Positions 29,538 through 39,686 of a DNA stretch of 64,000 nucleotides are shown here, piece by piece. Under the pieces are notes generated by a model. That model saw only the letters and a list, made by a program, of their open reading frames with translations. It searched no databases and had not been told where the DNA came from. The stretch's first letter is position 1. Each line of letters opens with the position of its first letter. The stretch is from assembly GCA_964588165.1 (NCBI GenBank), contig CAZPMS010000003.1, positions 10,031-74,030 on the forward strand, read 5' to 3'. This stretch comes from an uncultured Gammaproteobacteria bacterium (GTDB lineage Bacteria; Patescibacteriota; Patescibacteriia; UBA1558; UBA10009). The translations under genes were made by a program, and so were the position numbers.

Positions 29538-31034
29538 ATGGCCTTATTTCTAAAAGCAAAAAAACTGGATTTTGAAACAGGCAAACAACTTATTGCCCTT
29601 ATGAATGAAGAAGAAGCCCACAACTTTGGCGTCCAGGCAGGAGACAAAGTTTCTTTAACCTGGCGTGGTAATAAAAAAATTAATGTAGAAATCAATTTAA
29701 GTGATAAAAAAATCAAGCCGGGCTCTATAGGCCTTTATGAAGATATCTGGAAAAAACATTCAGTTGAGTTGAATGAAATTATGGAAATCCATATTTTAAG
29801 CCGGCCTGATTCAATTTTGGCCATTAAAGATAAACTTTTAGGCAAAAAACTTAATTACGACCAAATAAATTCCATTATGCGCGATATCACCGAAAACCGC
29901 CTATCCAATATCGGCATAACTTACTTTGTAGCTTCCAGCTTTTTTTATCCTTACTCAGATGATGAGCTGTATTACATGGCCAAGGCCATTGCCGAAAATG
30001 GGGAAATTATTAAATTCGGCAAAGGCATAGTGGCAGATAAACATTCAGTTGGGGGAGTGGCCGGCAACAGGACCACTATGGTGGCCATTCCTATTATAGC
30101 TTCTCTGGGAATTAAAATTCCCAAAACTTCATCCAGGGCCATTACTTCACCAGCCGGCACAGCTGATACTATGGAGGTTTTAGCCCCGGTAAGTTTTTCT
30201 GCCGAAGAAATGAAAGAGATTGTAAAAAAAACCAACGGCTGTTTGGTTTGGGGCGGGGGATTTAACCTGGCTCCGGCTGACGATAAAATTTTAAAGGTTA
30301 CTTATCCTTTATCTTTAGAGCCTTATGATAAGCTGATTGTAAGCATTATGGCCAAAAAAATTGCCACCTCGGTAACTCATTTGGTAATAGATATGCCGGT
30401 TGGAAAAACCACCAAGATTCCCAACCTGGCCCACGCTAAAGATATTAAAAGAAAGTTTGAGGTAGTGGCTAAAAAATACGGCATTAAAATTAAAGTTATT
30501 ATCACAGAGAGTTCTGATCCGGTGGGCAGGGGAGTTGGACCCGCTTTGGAAGCTAGGGATGTATTAAGGGTACTTCAGCAAAAAGAAAGAAAGCCCTTGG
30601 ATTTGGAAGCCAAAAGCGTAATGATGGCCGGAGAACTTTTAGAAGTCTGCGGCAAAGCCAAGAAAGGCCAAGGTAAAAAACTGGCTAAAGAGCAACTTAC
30701 CAATGGCCAAGCCTGGAAAAAAATGTCAGAAATTATTGCAGCCCAAGGCGGAAAAGCAGACCTTGATTCAGAAGATGTAACCATTGGCGCCATAAAGCAT
30801 TATGTAAATAGCCCTAAAGCCGGCACTATACAAATGGTAAACAACAGGCGCATTAATGATATCTGCAGGATTTTAGGCGCGCCAAAGGATAAACTGGGCG
30901 GTATTTTCTTAAATAATGAAATTGACGACATCGTAAAAAAAGGCGACAGGCTATTTACCCTTTATGCCCGTAACGAAGCCAGAATGTCACTTGCTAAAGA
31001 AGCCATTAAAAAGCTAAATGTTTTTGAATATTAA
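29538..31034 (+). CDS. AMP phosphorylase (thymidine phosphorylase family)
   Basis: DKHSVGGVAGN, KTSSRAITSPAGTADTMEVL and GRGVGPALEA motifs; N-terminal extension typical of AMPpase. Confidence 0.92.
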   Translation: MALFLKAKKLDFETGKQLIALMNEEEAHNFGVQAGDKVSLTWRGNKKINVEINLSDKKIKPGSIGLYEDIWKKHSVELNEIMEIHILSRPDSILAIKDKLLGKKLNYDQINSIMRDITENRLSNIGITYFVASSFFYPYSDDELYYMAKAIAENGEIIKFGKGIVADKHSVGGVAGNRTTMVAIPIIASLGIKIPKTSSRAITSPAGTADTMEVLAPVSFSAEEMKEIVKKTNGCLVWGGGFNLAPADDKILKVTYPLSLEPYDKLIVSIMAKKIATSVTHLVIDMPVGKTTKIPNLAHAKDIKRKFEVVAKKYGIKIKVIITESSDPVGRGVGPALEARDVLRVLQQKERKPLDLEAKSVMMAGELLEVCGKAKKGQGKKLAKEQLTNGQAWKKMSEIIAAQGGKADLDSEDVTIGAIKHYVNSPKAGTIQMVNNRRINDICRILGAPKDKLGGIFLNNEIDDIVKKGDRLFTLYARNEARMSLAKEAIKKLNVFEY

Positions 31035-31087
31035 GAACTTGCCAAAAAAGCAAATTTAGCTTAAGATAGTTTGCTACAACTAACCCT

Positions 31088-32575
31088 ATGAAAGAAAGAA
31101 CAAAAATTAGATTTTTTGAAATCCTGCCGGGTTCCATAACCTGGCTGACTTTTATTTTAGCCATTGTGTCTTCTATCTGGCTACCAATTTGGGCCATCTT
31201 TTTTATTATAATTTTTGACTTCCTGTGGCTAACCAGAGTTTTTTATTTAGTTATCCACCAGATAACTTCCTGGACCAGGTTTAGAAAAGAAGTAAAAATA
31301 GACTGGCTTGATAAGGTAAAAAATTATAGTAAAAAAAACTGGCAGGATTATTGCCATGTTATATTTTTGCCAACCTACCAGGAGCCCCTAAATGTGGTTG
31401 ATAAAACTTTTGAAAATTTATCCAGAGTAAAATACAACAAACAAAAATTTATAGTTGTTTTGGCCGGAGAAGAAAAAGATAAAAGCAATTTTTTAAGTAT
31501 TGCCAAAAAAATAGAGGAAAAGTACAAAGGCACTTTTTTAAAAATTTTAGTAACCCTTCATCCACAAAACTTGCCAAATGAAATTCCGGGCAAGGGTTCT
31601 AATATAAATTACGCCGGACATGAGGTAAAAAAACTTATAGACCAGCTAAAAATTCCTTATGAAAAAGTTATTGTTTCCACTTTTGATATTGATACTAACG
31701 CCCATCCGCAATATTTTGCCCATTTAACCTATAGATATTTAACTCATCCAAAGCCTACTAGGGTAAGTTATCAACCTTTAGCCCTGTACCACAATAATAT
31801 TTGGGAATCTGATCCCTTAACCAGAGTGGTTGCCAATTCTACCACCTTTTGGCTTATGACGGATTTAGCCCGCAGTGATAGGCTGTTTACTTTTTCTTCC
31901 CACAGTATGAGCTTTAAGGCCCTGGTTGATGTTGGCTTTTGGGAAAAAGATATAGTTTCGGAAGATTCCAGAATTTTTTTGCAATGCCTGTTAAAATATA
32001 ATGGCGATTACAAAGTGGAACCAATGTATATTCCGGTTTCTATGAACACAGTAAGTACCGGTAGCTTTTGGCAAGCCATTGCCGACCAATATAAACAGAT
32101 GAGGCGCTGGGCCTGGGGAGTAGAGCACATTCCTTATATGATTAAAAATTTCAAAGACCGCCCTAAAATGCCTTTTACTAAAAAACTAAAACATTTTTTT
32201 AATCAAATGGAAGGCATGTGGTCTTGGGCTACGGCGCCAATTTTAATTACCATAATGGGCAGGCTGCCTTTATGGGTGGCCTCTAAAGATGTCCATGCCA
32301 CAGCCATTGCCCAAACTACACCTTTAATTTTGCAATGGCTGATGACTTTTGCCTTAATCGGCCTTATTTTAAATGCCATCTTAAGTACTTTTTTACTGCC
32401 CGAGAGACCCCGAGGCAAAAAATCTTGGTATAAATATCCTCAAATGCTTTTGGAATGGATTTTATTCCCTATAACTATGATAGTTTTTGGCTCTATTCCG
32501 GCTACTGATGCCCAAACTAGGCTACTGCTTGGCGGTAAATTTAAGCTTGGCTTTTGGGTAAGCGGCAAAAAATAA
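31088..32575 (+). CDS. Membrane GT2 glycosyltransferase
   Basis: PTYQE, GKGSN, DID, SED and QMRRWAWG (QxxRW) motifs. Confidence 0.88.
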   Translation: MKERTKIRFFEILPGSITWLTFILAIVSSIWLPIWAIFFIIIFDFLWLTRVFYLVIHQITSWTRFRKEVKIDWLDKVKNYSKKNWQDYCHVIFLPTYQEPLNVVDKTFENLSRVKYNKQKFIVVLAGEEKDKSNFLSIAKKIEEKYKGTFLKILVTLHPQNLPNEIPGKGSNINYAGHEVKKLIDQLKIPYEKVIVSTFDIDTNAHPQYFAHLTYRYLTHPKPTRVSYQPLALYHNNIWESDPLTRVVANSTTFWLMTDLARSDRLFTFSSHSMSFKALVDVGFWEKDIVSEDSRIFLQCLLKYNGDYKVEPMYIPVSMNTVSTGSFWQAIADQYKQMRRWAWGVEHIPYMIKNFKDRPKMPFTKKLKHFFNQMEGMWSWATAPILITIMGRLPLWVASKDVHATAIAQTTPLILQWLMTFALIGLILNAILSTFLLPERPRGKKSWYKYPQMLLEWILFPITMIVFGSIPATDAQTRLLLGGKFKLGFWVSGKK

Positions 32576-32616
32576 AAAACCTCAGAAAATAAATTCTGAG
32601 GTTTGAAATAAAACAC

Positions 32617-33327
32617 TTAGGGTAATGAAAATGTAGCACTGGTGAATCTTACACCAGATCCAGCCAGTTGCGGCTCCAAAAAATCGCTGATTAAGCGGGA
32701 AAAATCTTCCTGCTGTTTTTTGTCCAGTGGATTATAAAAATAGGCCAGTTTCTTACTGCTAGAATCATTAAATTCATAAAGCTGATATTCCAGCCAACTA
32801 TTTAAACTACTATGGACTAAAATCTTATAGGAAAGATCGTTAACAGTAGTATAGCTATTTCCAAAAGACAGAAATCCTTCACCAAACAAAAGAAAATCTT
32901 CAGGTGTACCATTCGCTTCAACAACCACGTTGTAAGCCAATCTTCGAACTTTTGGATTTTCTGTAATCGGACTTACAGACATTTGTACAGTGTGTATAAA
33001 CGCAGAATAACTTTTAACTTCCCTGCCGCTTATACGAATATCCCATGGCCACAAATGAGAATCTTCAGTAAAAACAGTTGAAACTAAATTATTCTCAGTA
33101 TCATAGACTAGCGACTCACCAGGGATATTCTCAACGGTGAATGCAAATAATAAGACAGATAAGAGGCCTATAAAAACTGTTGAAATGCCCATTGCATGAA
33201 GCCTGTCCTTTTTACTTGCAAATCCCTTCCATCGAGCTAAGTAAAAAATAGCTGACACCAGAATTGTTAAGCTTAAAGCCAGTTGAGCCCAAATAGGCTG
33301 ATGAATAGCTTGCCAAATCGCTTCCAT
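32617..33327 (-). CDS. Two-TM hypothetical protein (cassette)
   Basis: AGGAGG SD; TTGACA at 33395-33390; bidirectional terminator about 32575-32604. Confidence 0.7.
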   Translation of the reverse strand: MEAIWQAIHQPIWAQLALSLTILVSAIFYLARWKGFASKKDRLHAMGISTVFIGLLSVLLFAFTVENIPGESLVYDTENNLVSTVFTEDSHLWPWDIRISGREVKSYSAFIHTVQMSVSPITENPKVRRLAYNVVVEANGTPEDFLLFGEGFLSFGNSYTTVNDLSYKILVHSSLNSWLEYQLYEFNDSSSKKLAYFYNPLDKKQQEDFSRLISDFLEPQLAGSGVRFTSATFSLP

Positions 33328-33396
33328 GATACTTCCTCCTGTTATGTGTTTTAATGTGCTGACGTAATCTTACACTATCTAAAACTAAATGTCAAT

Positions 33397-34305
33397 TTAT
33401 TTAAAATAGCCGTTTATAAATTCATCTGCTGACATTTCTTTTTTGCCTTCTACCTGAAGTTTAATAATAATTAATGATCCTTTACCACAGCGGACAACTA
33501 ACTGTCCGTTTTTGGTTTGAAATTCGCCAATTTCTCCCTCAATATCATCGCTAACTTTAGCCGATAAGATTTTAATCCTTAGTCCTTGATCCTTAGTTTT
33601 AAATTCAGCAAAGCTACCCGGCCAAGGAGTATAAGCCCTAACTTGACATTCGATCTCATCAGCTGACTTAGTCCAGTTAATTTCACCATCTTCCCGTTTT
33701 AAAATTTTTGAAAAAGTAGCTTTTGAATCATCTTGAGGTACTGGCTTGATTTCGCCTGACAAATATTTTGGCAAAGTATCAACTAATAATCCAGCACCTT
33801 TTTGAGCCAATTTATCATGCAAATCTTCTGATGTATCGTTATCTGATACACGATATACGATTTGCGATACAATATCACCATGATCCATCTGCTCATCAAG
33901 TTTAATAATAGAAACACCTGTTTCTTCTTCACCATTTAATATGGCTTGCTGGATAGGGGAAGGCCCACGGTATTTTGGCAATAATGAAGGATGGATATTC
34001 AAACAGCCTTTAGAAAATATATTTAAAATTTCTTGGGGAATAATTTTTCCATAAGCCACAACTACACCAACCTCAGCATTGCAATCTTCTAGTCTTTTAA
34101 TCTTTAAATCATCCGCAATTTCCAACCCCATCTTTTCTGCCTCAACCTTAACTGGCGATGGAGTTAGTACCTGCTTCCTGCCAACGGGCTTATCCGGCTG
34201 CGTAACCACTAAACAAATATTAAACCCTTCGCTATGAAGGGCCTGTAATGTTGGTACTGCAAATTCCGGTGTACCGAAAAAAACAATTTTAGTTTTTTTA
34301 TTCAT
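33397..34305 (-). CDS. fmt: Methionyl-tRNA formyltransferase
   Basis: FGTPEFA, VTQPDKPVGR, NIHPSLLPKYRGPSP and MDHGD motifs; start taken at MNKKT. Confidence 0.96.
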   Translation of the reverse strand: MNKKTKIVFFGTPEFAVPTLQALHSEGFNICLVVTQPDKPVGRKQVLTPSPVKVEAEKMGLEIADDLKIKRLEDCNAEVGVVVAYGKIIPQEILNIFSKGCLNIHPSLLPKYRGPSPIQQAILNGEEETGVSIIKLDEQMDHGDIVSQIVYRVSDNDTSEDLHDKLAQKGAGLLVDTLPKYLSGEIKPVPQDDSKATFSKILKREDGEINWTKSADEIECQVRAYTPWPGSFAEFKTKDQGLRIKILSAKVSDDIEGEIGEFQTKNGQLVVRCGKGSLIIIKLQVEGKKEMSADEFINGYFK

Positions 34306-34306
34306 A

Positions 34307-34825
34307 TTAAATTTCATCAGGCTGGTCCGCCTTAATGCGAGACAAGCCCTGCTTTTTTAATTCTTCAAGCTTTTTTCTGCCTTTGGTATACTTAATAATT
34401 TTATCAATAAATAAAATTCCTTTTATATGGTCTACTTCATGCTGTAAAACTCTGGCCAATAAACCTTTGGCCCTTAAATGCCTTAGCCTGCCTTTACTAT
34501 CACGGTACAATAAGCGGATGCAAATCGGCCTCTTAACCATACCAAAAATTCCTGGAAAAGAAAGGCAGCCTTCTTCACCGATTTCTTTAGCCCATGATTT
34601 GTAATAAATTCTGGGGTTAATAAAAATCTTTGGTTTGTTCTTATAATTTACAGCCAACATCCGCCAGTCTTTATTTAACTGGTTGGCTGCCAAGCCAATA
34701 CCGTCTTCTTTAAGCATGGTTTCTTTTAGATCAGCAATAAAACTTTGAATTTCTGGATTCTTAATATTAGCCACCTTGTGTGACCTTTTCCTTAATATTT
34801 TATTGGGATATTTTATTATATTCAT
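34307..34825 (-). CDS. def: Peptide deformylase
   Basis: GIGLAANQ, EGCLS and QHEVDH motifs. Confidence 0.97.
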   Translation of the reverse strand: MNIIKYPNKILRKRSHKVANIKNPEIQSFIADLKETMLKEDGIGLAANQLNKDWRMLAVNYKNKPKIFINPRIYYKSWAKEIGEEGCLSFPGIFGMVKRPICIRLLYRDSKGRLRHLRAKGLLARVLQHEVDHIKGILFIDKIIKYTKGRKKLEELKKQGLSRIKADQPDEI

Positions 34826-34962
34826 AACTCTTATATCTTAAATGGTGTAGGGTATATCGTATATTATTACTTAAAAAAATTCAAGGATATGTAATATACG
34901 ATTTATGATACACGTTACATCATTTGTGTTATAATTCTACTATAAATTAACTTAATAATAAA

Positions 34963-35232
34963 ATGGATGAAAATAACGGTTTCCAGAAAATAGGAGATAT
35001 TAAAAAGGCGAAAACCATTAAACCACCGGCTTACCAGTGGCAGGATTTAGCCTTAAGAATAATAAATGAGCTGAGAGTGCCTGGTTTTAAGCGTAATTCT
35101 GTTTTTAAAGTCTGCAAAGAAAACCATAAAACCCATATAGAAAGGTGTTTAAATGACACCAAAGAACTCTGCACAGAGGGTGAAAAATGGAAATACTTTT
35201 TTAAATTAATTAATGAAAAAGCCCCTGATTAA
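34963..35232 (+). CDS. Conserved small CPR hypothetical protein
   Basis: KPPAYQWQDLAL...KWKYFFK; intact ORF with terminator. Confidence 0.75.
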   Translation: MDENNGFQKIGDIKKAKTIKPPAYQWQDLALRIINELRVPGFKRNSVFKVCKENHKTHIERCLNDTKELCTEGEKWKYFFKLINEKAPD

Positions 35233-35266
35233 AAAATTAGGGATTTTTATTTTTTTACAATCTATG

Positions 35267-36607
35267 TTATTCAGTGGCAATTTGAATTGCTTTTTCTGTC
35301 CTTCTGATATCTGCCAATAAGCCGGATCGTTTTTTATTAAAAAGAATTAACTCCAATACACATTTACCGCCATTTTTAGCGAAATTGCATCTTTCGCCGA
35401 TTTTTTTATTGGTTTTAGAACCATGATAAGAAGAAAGCTCTTTTATTTTGATTACTCCAAGAAGCTGGGATAAGACACCTTCGTTTTTAGGATAAAATTT
35501 AAGCACCGCCGAATAACCTTTAACTGTTTTCCTAACAACGGGCTGTTTAGGAATCCTAACTAATAAATCATTCAGGGCGTGATCAAAATTATAAGAAAGC
35601 TGGTACAACTGATGTCTAAAGCCGCCCATTCTGGCACCGGCCTCAATCACTTTCCAGCCAGCCTCGGTTTTCATTAATTCTATATGAACAGTAGTGCTTC
35701 TTAAGCCCAAGGCTAAAACTGACTTGGCCGCTATAACCTGGGCTTCTTTTTCTGATTCATTATTTAATAATGTGGGAGTTATCTGAGTGTAGCCAAAAAA
35801 GTCATCAAATCCTATTGAACGTCCGGTTTTAACATTCACTGTGGGGCAAAATATAATCTTGCCGGCAGCTGAAACATAGGCATCTATTGAATATTGTTCG
35901 CCATCTAAAAATTTTTCCACCAAAACCTTGGGTTCTTCTTTTCTTTTATTCTCTTTATAGATGCTATTTATCTTTTTAAAAACAGTATTTAAAGATTTTT
36001 CCAGCTCTTCCTCATGAAAACAAATAGTTACCAGCAAGCTAGAAGCCAAGCCTGCCGGTTTAATAACCAAAGGAAAGCCGACTTTTTCTTTTATTTCTTT
36101 GATTGAAGATTTATTACTGCCGGTAGCTACAATAAATTTAGGACAAATTTCTTTATCATAATTAAAAAGATATTGCCTCATCATTAATTTATCAGTAGAT
36201 CTGATTAAAGAATCATCAGTTGGCGCATTTAGATAAGGCAAATGTGGTATAACTTTTGCAAAATTTAAAATCTGCCTTTCTTCACGGCAACTAACTACCA
36301 TAATCCTTTCTTGATATTTTGCCAAAGCCTCAGCTATTTTAAGAGGCTTATAAAGATCGCAATCAATGTATAAATCTACGTTGCTGTTGCCATTCTCTTT
36401 TAACGAAGGTAATCTAGAATCTCTTATCACAGCCAGCTTTAGCTTTTTCTTTAAAATCTTACCAAGTTTTTTAACTGCTTCAACATTTTCATCCCTTATT
36501 TCATTGATAAATAATACTATATCTTTATCCTTATTTTTATCTTCTTTGGTAGGATCTAATTCTTCTGCGAACTTTTTAATTAAGGTTAAAACATTGCTCT
36601 TTGGCAT
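35267..36607 (-). CDS. ATP-grasp ligase
   Basis: DKLMMR, FPLVIKP...SS, VEKFLDG, HIEL and IEAGARMGG motifs. Confidence 0.85.
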   Translation of the reverse strand: MPKSNVLTLIKKFAEELDPTKEDKNKDKDIVLFINEIRDENVEAVKKLGKILKKKLKLAVIRDSRLPSLKENGNSNVDLYIDCDLYKPLKIAEALAKYQERIMVVSCREERQILNFAKVIPHLPYLNAPTDDSLIRSTDKLMMRQYLFNYDKEICPKFIVATGSNKSSIKEIKEKVGFPLVIKPAGLASSLLVTICFHEEELEKSLNTVFKKINSIYKENKRKEEPKVLVEKFLDGEQYSIDAYVSAAGKIIFCPTVNVKTGRSIGFDDFFGYTQITPTLLNNESEKEAQVIAAKSVLALGLRSTTVHIELMKTEAGWKVIEAGARMGGFRHQLYQLSYNFDHALNDLLVRIPKQPVVRKTVKGYSAVLKFYPKNEGVLSQLLGVIKIKELSSYHGSKTNKKIGERCNFAKNGGKCVLELILFNKKRSGLLADIRRTEKAIQIATE

Positions 36608-36695
36608 ATGATTTATTTAAAAATATAAAAAAATATGAAGTCTATATTATACTTTCTTTAAACAAATAATGCAATATAAAGATATTTGAACTGTC

Positions 36696-36763
36696 GGTGA
36701 AAAATGGAAGTATTTTTTTAAACTGGTTAATAAAAAAACCCTGATTAAGAAATCCGGGTTTTT
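36696..36763 (+). pseudogene. Stranded diverged copy of the 3' end and terminator of the 34963-35232 gene
   Basis: ggtgaaaaatggaagtatttttttaaactggttaat... (GEKWKYFFKLVN) matches 35179-35248. Confidence 0.8.
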
Positions 36764-36894
36764 GTTTTCTTTCTGTTGTCAATAAAAACATAGATAATAA
36801 GCAAAAAGAAAACTGCTCCGGGACCCAAAAAAATAAAAAGTGCTAGTGATACAAACATAAGGACTATTAATCCCAGAAACTGTGAACCAAACAT
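36745..36894 (-). CDS. 49-aa membrane peptide (not in ORF track)
   Basis: GGAGG SD; MFGSQFLGLIVLMFVSLALFIFLGPGAVFFLLIIYVFIDNRKKTKTRIS*. Confidence 0.55.
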   Translation of the reverse strand: MFGSQFLGLIVLMFVSLALFIFLGPGAVFFLLIIYVFIDNRKKTKTRIS

Positions 36895-36939
36895 GGTTTC
36901 CTCCGACTATTTCAAAAAACTATTTCTTCCAAAACCTTA

Positions 36940-37140
36940 TCACTTGATTGGGTTTGGGTGTTTAGAATATAACTCGCAGGCCTTATTGATAGAGTCCACT
37001 AGGCTCTGAAAAGCAAAAAACTCGGCTAACTGCCTATTGCCAAGCACCTCTTCGCTTGGAGCTTTTGGTCTTGGCAGCCGGCGAAGGCAAACTGGCCTAC
37101 TAATACTAATTGGCAAGTTACTGCCATTTCTACGAGACAT
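36940..37140 (-). CDS. Small hypothetical protein
   Basis: GGAGGT SD upstream of ATG. Confidence 0.5.
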   Translation of the reverse strand: MSRRNGSNLPISISRPVCLRRLPRPKAPSEEVLGNRQLAEFFAFQSLVDSINKACELYSKHPNPIK

Positions 37141-37178
37141 ACATACCTCCGTGTAATGTACAAAAACTATTTAAACTT

Positions 37179-37967
37179 TTATAAACTAAAGTTCGCTGTT
37201 AAATAACCTACGCCAAACGGACTCTCATAACTCAAAACTTCTGGTTGATAATTAATTTCCGAAAAAGCACCAAGTAATATTAAAATGGATCTTAGGCCGC
37301 ATTCGCCGGCTTCTTCTATTAATTTTTTATCTAATTTTAAAATATCTTCGGTTTTTTTGTTTTTCAAAAATTCAATCAGCTTATCGTCAAATTCTTTACC
37401 TTTGGCACTGTAGCCTGCCGGTGCATCTTTTGTCAAACGGTGGGATAAATCACCAGAAGCAATTATGGCCACCCGCTTGGTGGTTTTATCCAATTGTTTC
37501 CTAATCTGGTGGCCAAAATCAAGATGGTCTTTAAATGACTGCAAGGAGTAACCAATCGGAATTACCTTAACTTCTTTTAAGTGCTGGGTTAAATAATAAA
37601 GAGGTACGGTTGAACCATGGTCCAATTCATCTTCAGTAGTTAAAACTACCGGCATCTTAGTTTCCAAACGTTCGCGCAGCTGATAACCCAAGCCCAGATC
37701 GTTTTTAAATTCTAAAGTTGTTTCCAAATCACCAAAATCTTTAAAACCGCCTTTTAAAACAGGGGAGTGGTTTATGGTAAAAGCTTCGGAAGTTAAATTG
37801 CCATGAGGTGAAACAATAATAATCGTATCAGGCTTTTTTGAATACAAACTGTTTTCCAGCTCTTCTAAAGCTTCTTTGGTTTTAGAAATCTGTTTTAAAT
37901 TGTCCTGGCCGATAGTCGGAATTAATATCGGAGGATGGGGGCATATGGCCCCAAAAATAAGCGGCAT
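37179..37967 (-). CDS. AmmeMemoRadiSam system protein B (MEMO1/LigB-like)
   Basis: PHPP, SPH, DHG, ASGDLSH, ECG and PFGVGY motifs; near the cognate radical SAM gene. Confidence 0.85.
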   Translation of the reverse strand: MPLIFGAICPHPPILIPTIGQDNLKQISKTKEALEELENSLYSKKPDTIIIVSPHGNLTSEAFTINHSPVLKGGFKDFGDLETTLEFKNDLGLGYQLRERLETKMPVVLTTEDELDHGSTVPLYYLTQHLKEVKVIPIGYSLQSFKDHLDFGHQIRKQLDKTTKRVAIIASGDLSHRLTKDAPAGYSAKGKEFDDKLIEFLKNKKTEDILKLDKKLIEEAGECGLRSILILLGAFSEINYQPEVLSYESPFGVGYLTANFSL

Positions 37968-37970
37968 AAA

Positions 37971-38060
37971 CTACGAATTACTAATTTGTACCAATATACG
38001 AATAAAATATTTTATCAGGCATCTAAAATTCGTATATTAGTAATGATTTGTAATTAGTAG
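37971..38060. repeat. Palindromic 8-mer-period intergenic element (second copy)
   Basis: Shares ends ctacgaattactaat / gtaattagtag with 25539-25612. Confidence 0.7.
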
Positions 38061-39641
38061 TTAACTTGGGTTGTCATTCAAACTCTCTACCTCATCAATA
38101 ACTTCTTCTGTAGCAGTTGGATTTTCTGCTTCTAATGCCTCGCCTTCTTCTACCAGACTTTCAATTTCATCATCATTATCGGCCCAACCGGGTATTAAGG
38201 AGGTGTCTAAATATTCCAAGGTTTCTCCGGTTGGATGAATATCTATTGCCTGCTTGTTTGTTTCAATTATTTTATTCCATTGGTAATCCCTGGAGGTAAA
38301 CGAAGTCTCGTCAGCAATTGGCAGCTTGCGTCCGTTTGATATAACATAAACCACATCACTTTCATCTGACTTCACCAAAACGCCATCTTTAAATTTAACG
38401 GCTTCACCCTTGGGATATTTGGCCAGTTCATCTGTATGGCCGGATAAAATCGTTTGGTTTGGATAATTAACTTTTAGAATTTCCTGTGAAAATATTGGGT
38501 ACTTAATGCCGCTGTTAACATAATATATTCCGCCCGAAGTTGCATCTTTAATTAAAGCGCCAGTAGGATAAGCCGAAGTTAAAGTAATTTCAGCTCCAAA
38601 AGAAAGGCCGGCTAAATCTGCATCGGTTACTTCTTCCACTTCTTCCGGGTTAAAGCCTAAAGTTCTAAAAACTTCCATTTCGGCAATTTTTCTTAAAGAG
38701 TCATCAACTAACAAATAAATATCTCCGGCGGAATTTTTTAAAAGTGAATATTGAGGAAATTTAATTTCTGCGCCAAGTTCATATTGGTCCAGTTCCGTAG
38801 AATCAACCGTAATTATATTTGAAGGGTCATATCTTGTAACTAAAGAACTAAAAGTGGCAAACGGACGCTTTAGGCCATTATAGATTAAATAAACTTTATC
38901 ACTATCTGCTGACTTTAATAAAGAGCCAGCCGGCCTAAAAACTGATTGCTCAAACCAGCTGTTCCAAATTTTCCAAAAATTATAATTGGCGCCAATTTTA
39001 TAGCCATCCACTACAGTGCCGCCTCTGTAAGGATTATAAGTATATAAAGCTGCTGTAATTTTATTTTGTGGAATAATTAATTGGTAATCCTGGGTTTCTT
39101 TAGGATCGCCTATACACCACTTGGTAAAAGTGCAATAATAATTTTTTTTATGAAGCCCTTTAACGTTAAGGTCGGCAATATAGTTGTTTATGATTTTATT
39201 GGCCATTGACCTTATCTGCATGCCAAAGCCTTTGTATTTATCCAAACAAATTCCGCCATAGCAACTGTAGCCTACAGCCCAATCGTATTGGCTTTGCGAA
39301 GGATTGTTATCTGTTACCAAACTTTGTTCTTTTTGCAGCATGGTTAAAATAAATTTTGGGCTGATTTTAAATTCCTGTGCTGTTTGCCATATAACCCAAT
39401 AAGCCGGCAATTTAACCACCGGGTCTATATATGTGCCCAGGGTGCCTCCCTTGGAATCTACAAAATCCCGAATCTGCTCAACAGTCATGGAATTGTAATC
39501 GCCTAAAGAAGCATCTGATAGTATGTTATTGGGATTGAAATCTAGGTTGGTTTCATAAAAAGAAACGCCTGCCAAAACAGGCAGGATTGGGTAAAAAAGT
39601 AATCCAAATAGAATAGATATAATTATCCTTTTATTTTTCAT
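38061..39641 (-). CDS. Secreted cell-surface protein with possible lysozyme-like N-domain and G-x-L-x-K repeats
   Basis: Signal peptide; ISPKFILTMLQKEQSL and ALYTYNP; repeats GSLLK..VY, GALIK..IY, GVLVK..VY; acidic tail. Confidence 0.65.
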   Translation of the reverse strand: MKNKRIIISILFGLLFYPILPVLAGVSFYETNLDFNPNNILSDASLGDYNSMTVEQIRDFVDSKGGTLGTYIDPVVKLPAYWVIWQTAQEFKISPKFILTMLQKEQSLVTDNNPSQSQYDWAVGYSCYGGICLDKYKGFGMQIRSMANKIINNYIADLNVKGLHKKNYYCTFTKWCIGDPKETQDYQLIIPQNKITAALYTYNPYRGGTVVDGYKIGANYNFWKIWNSWFEQSVFRPAGSLLKSADSDKVYLIYNGLKRPFATFSSLVTRYDPSNIITVDSTELDQYELGAEIKFPQYSLLKNSAGDIYLLVDDSLRKIAEMEVFRTLGFNPEEVEEVTDADLAGLSFGAEITLTSAYPTGALIKDATSGGIYYVNSGIKYPIFSQEILKVNYPNQTILSGHTDELAKYPKGEAVKFKDGVLVKSDESDVVYVISNGRKLPIADETSFTSRDYQWNKIIETNKQAIDIHPTGETLEYLDTSLIPGWADNDDEIESLVEEGEALEAENPTATEEVIDEVESLNDNPS

Positions 39642-39686
39642 TTTTATTATTATTTATTAATTATCCATCTCTATGGTACCATTTTT

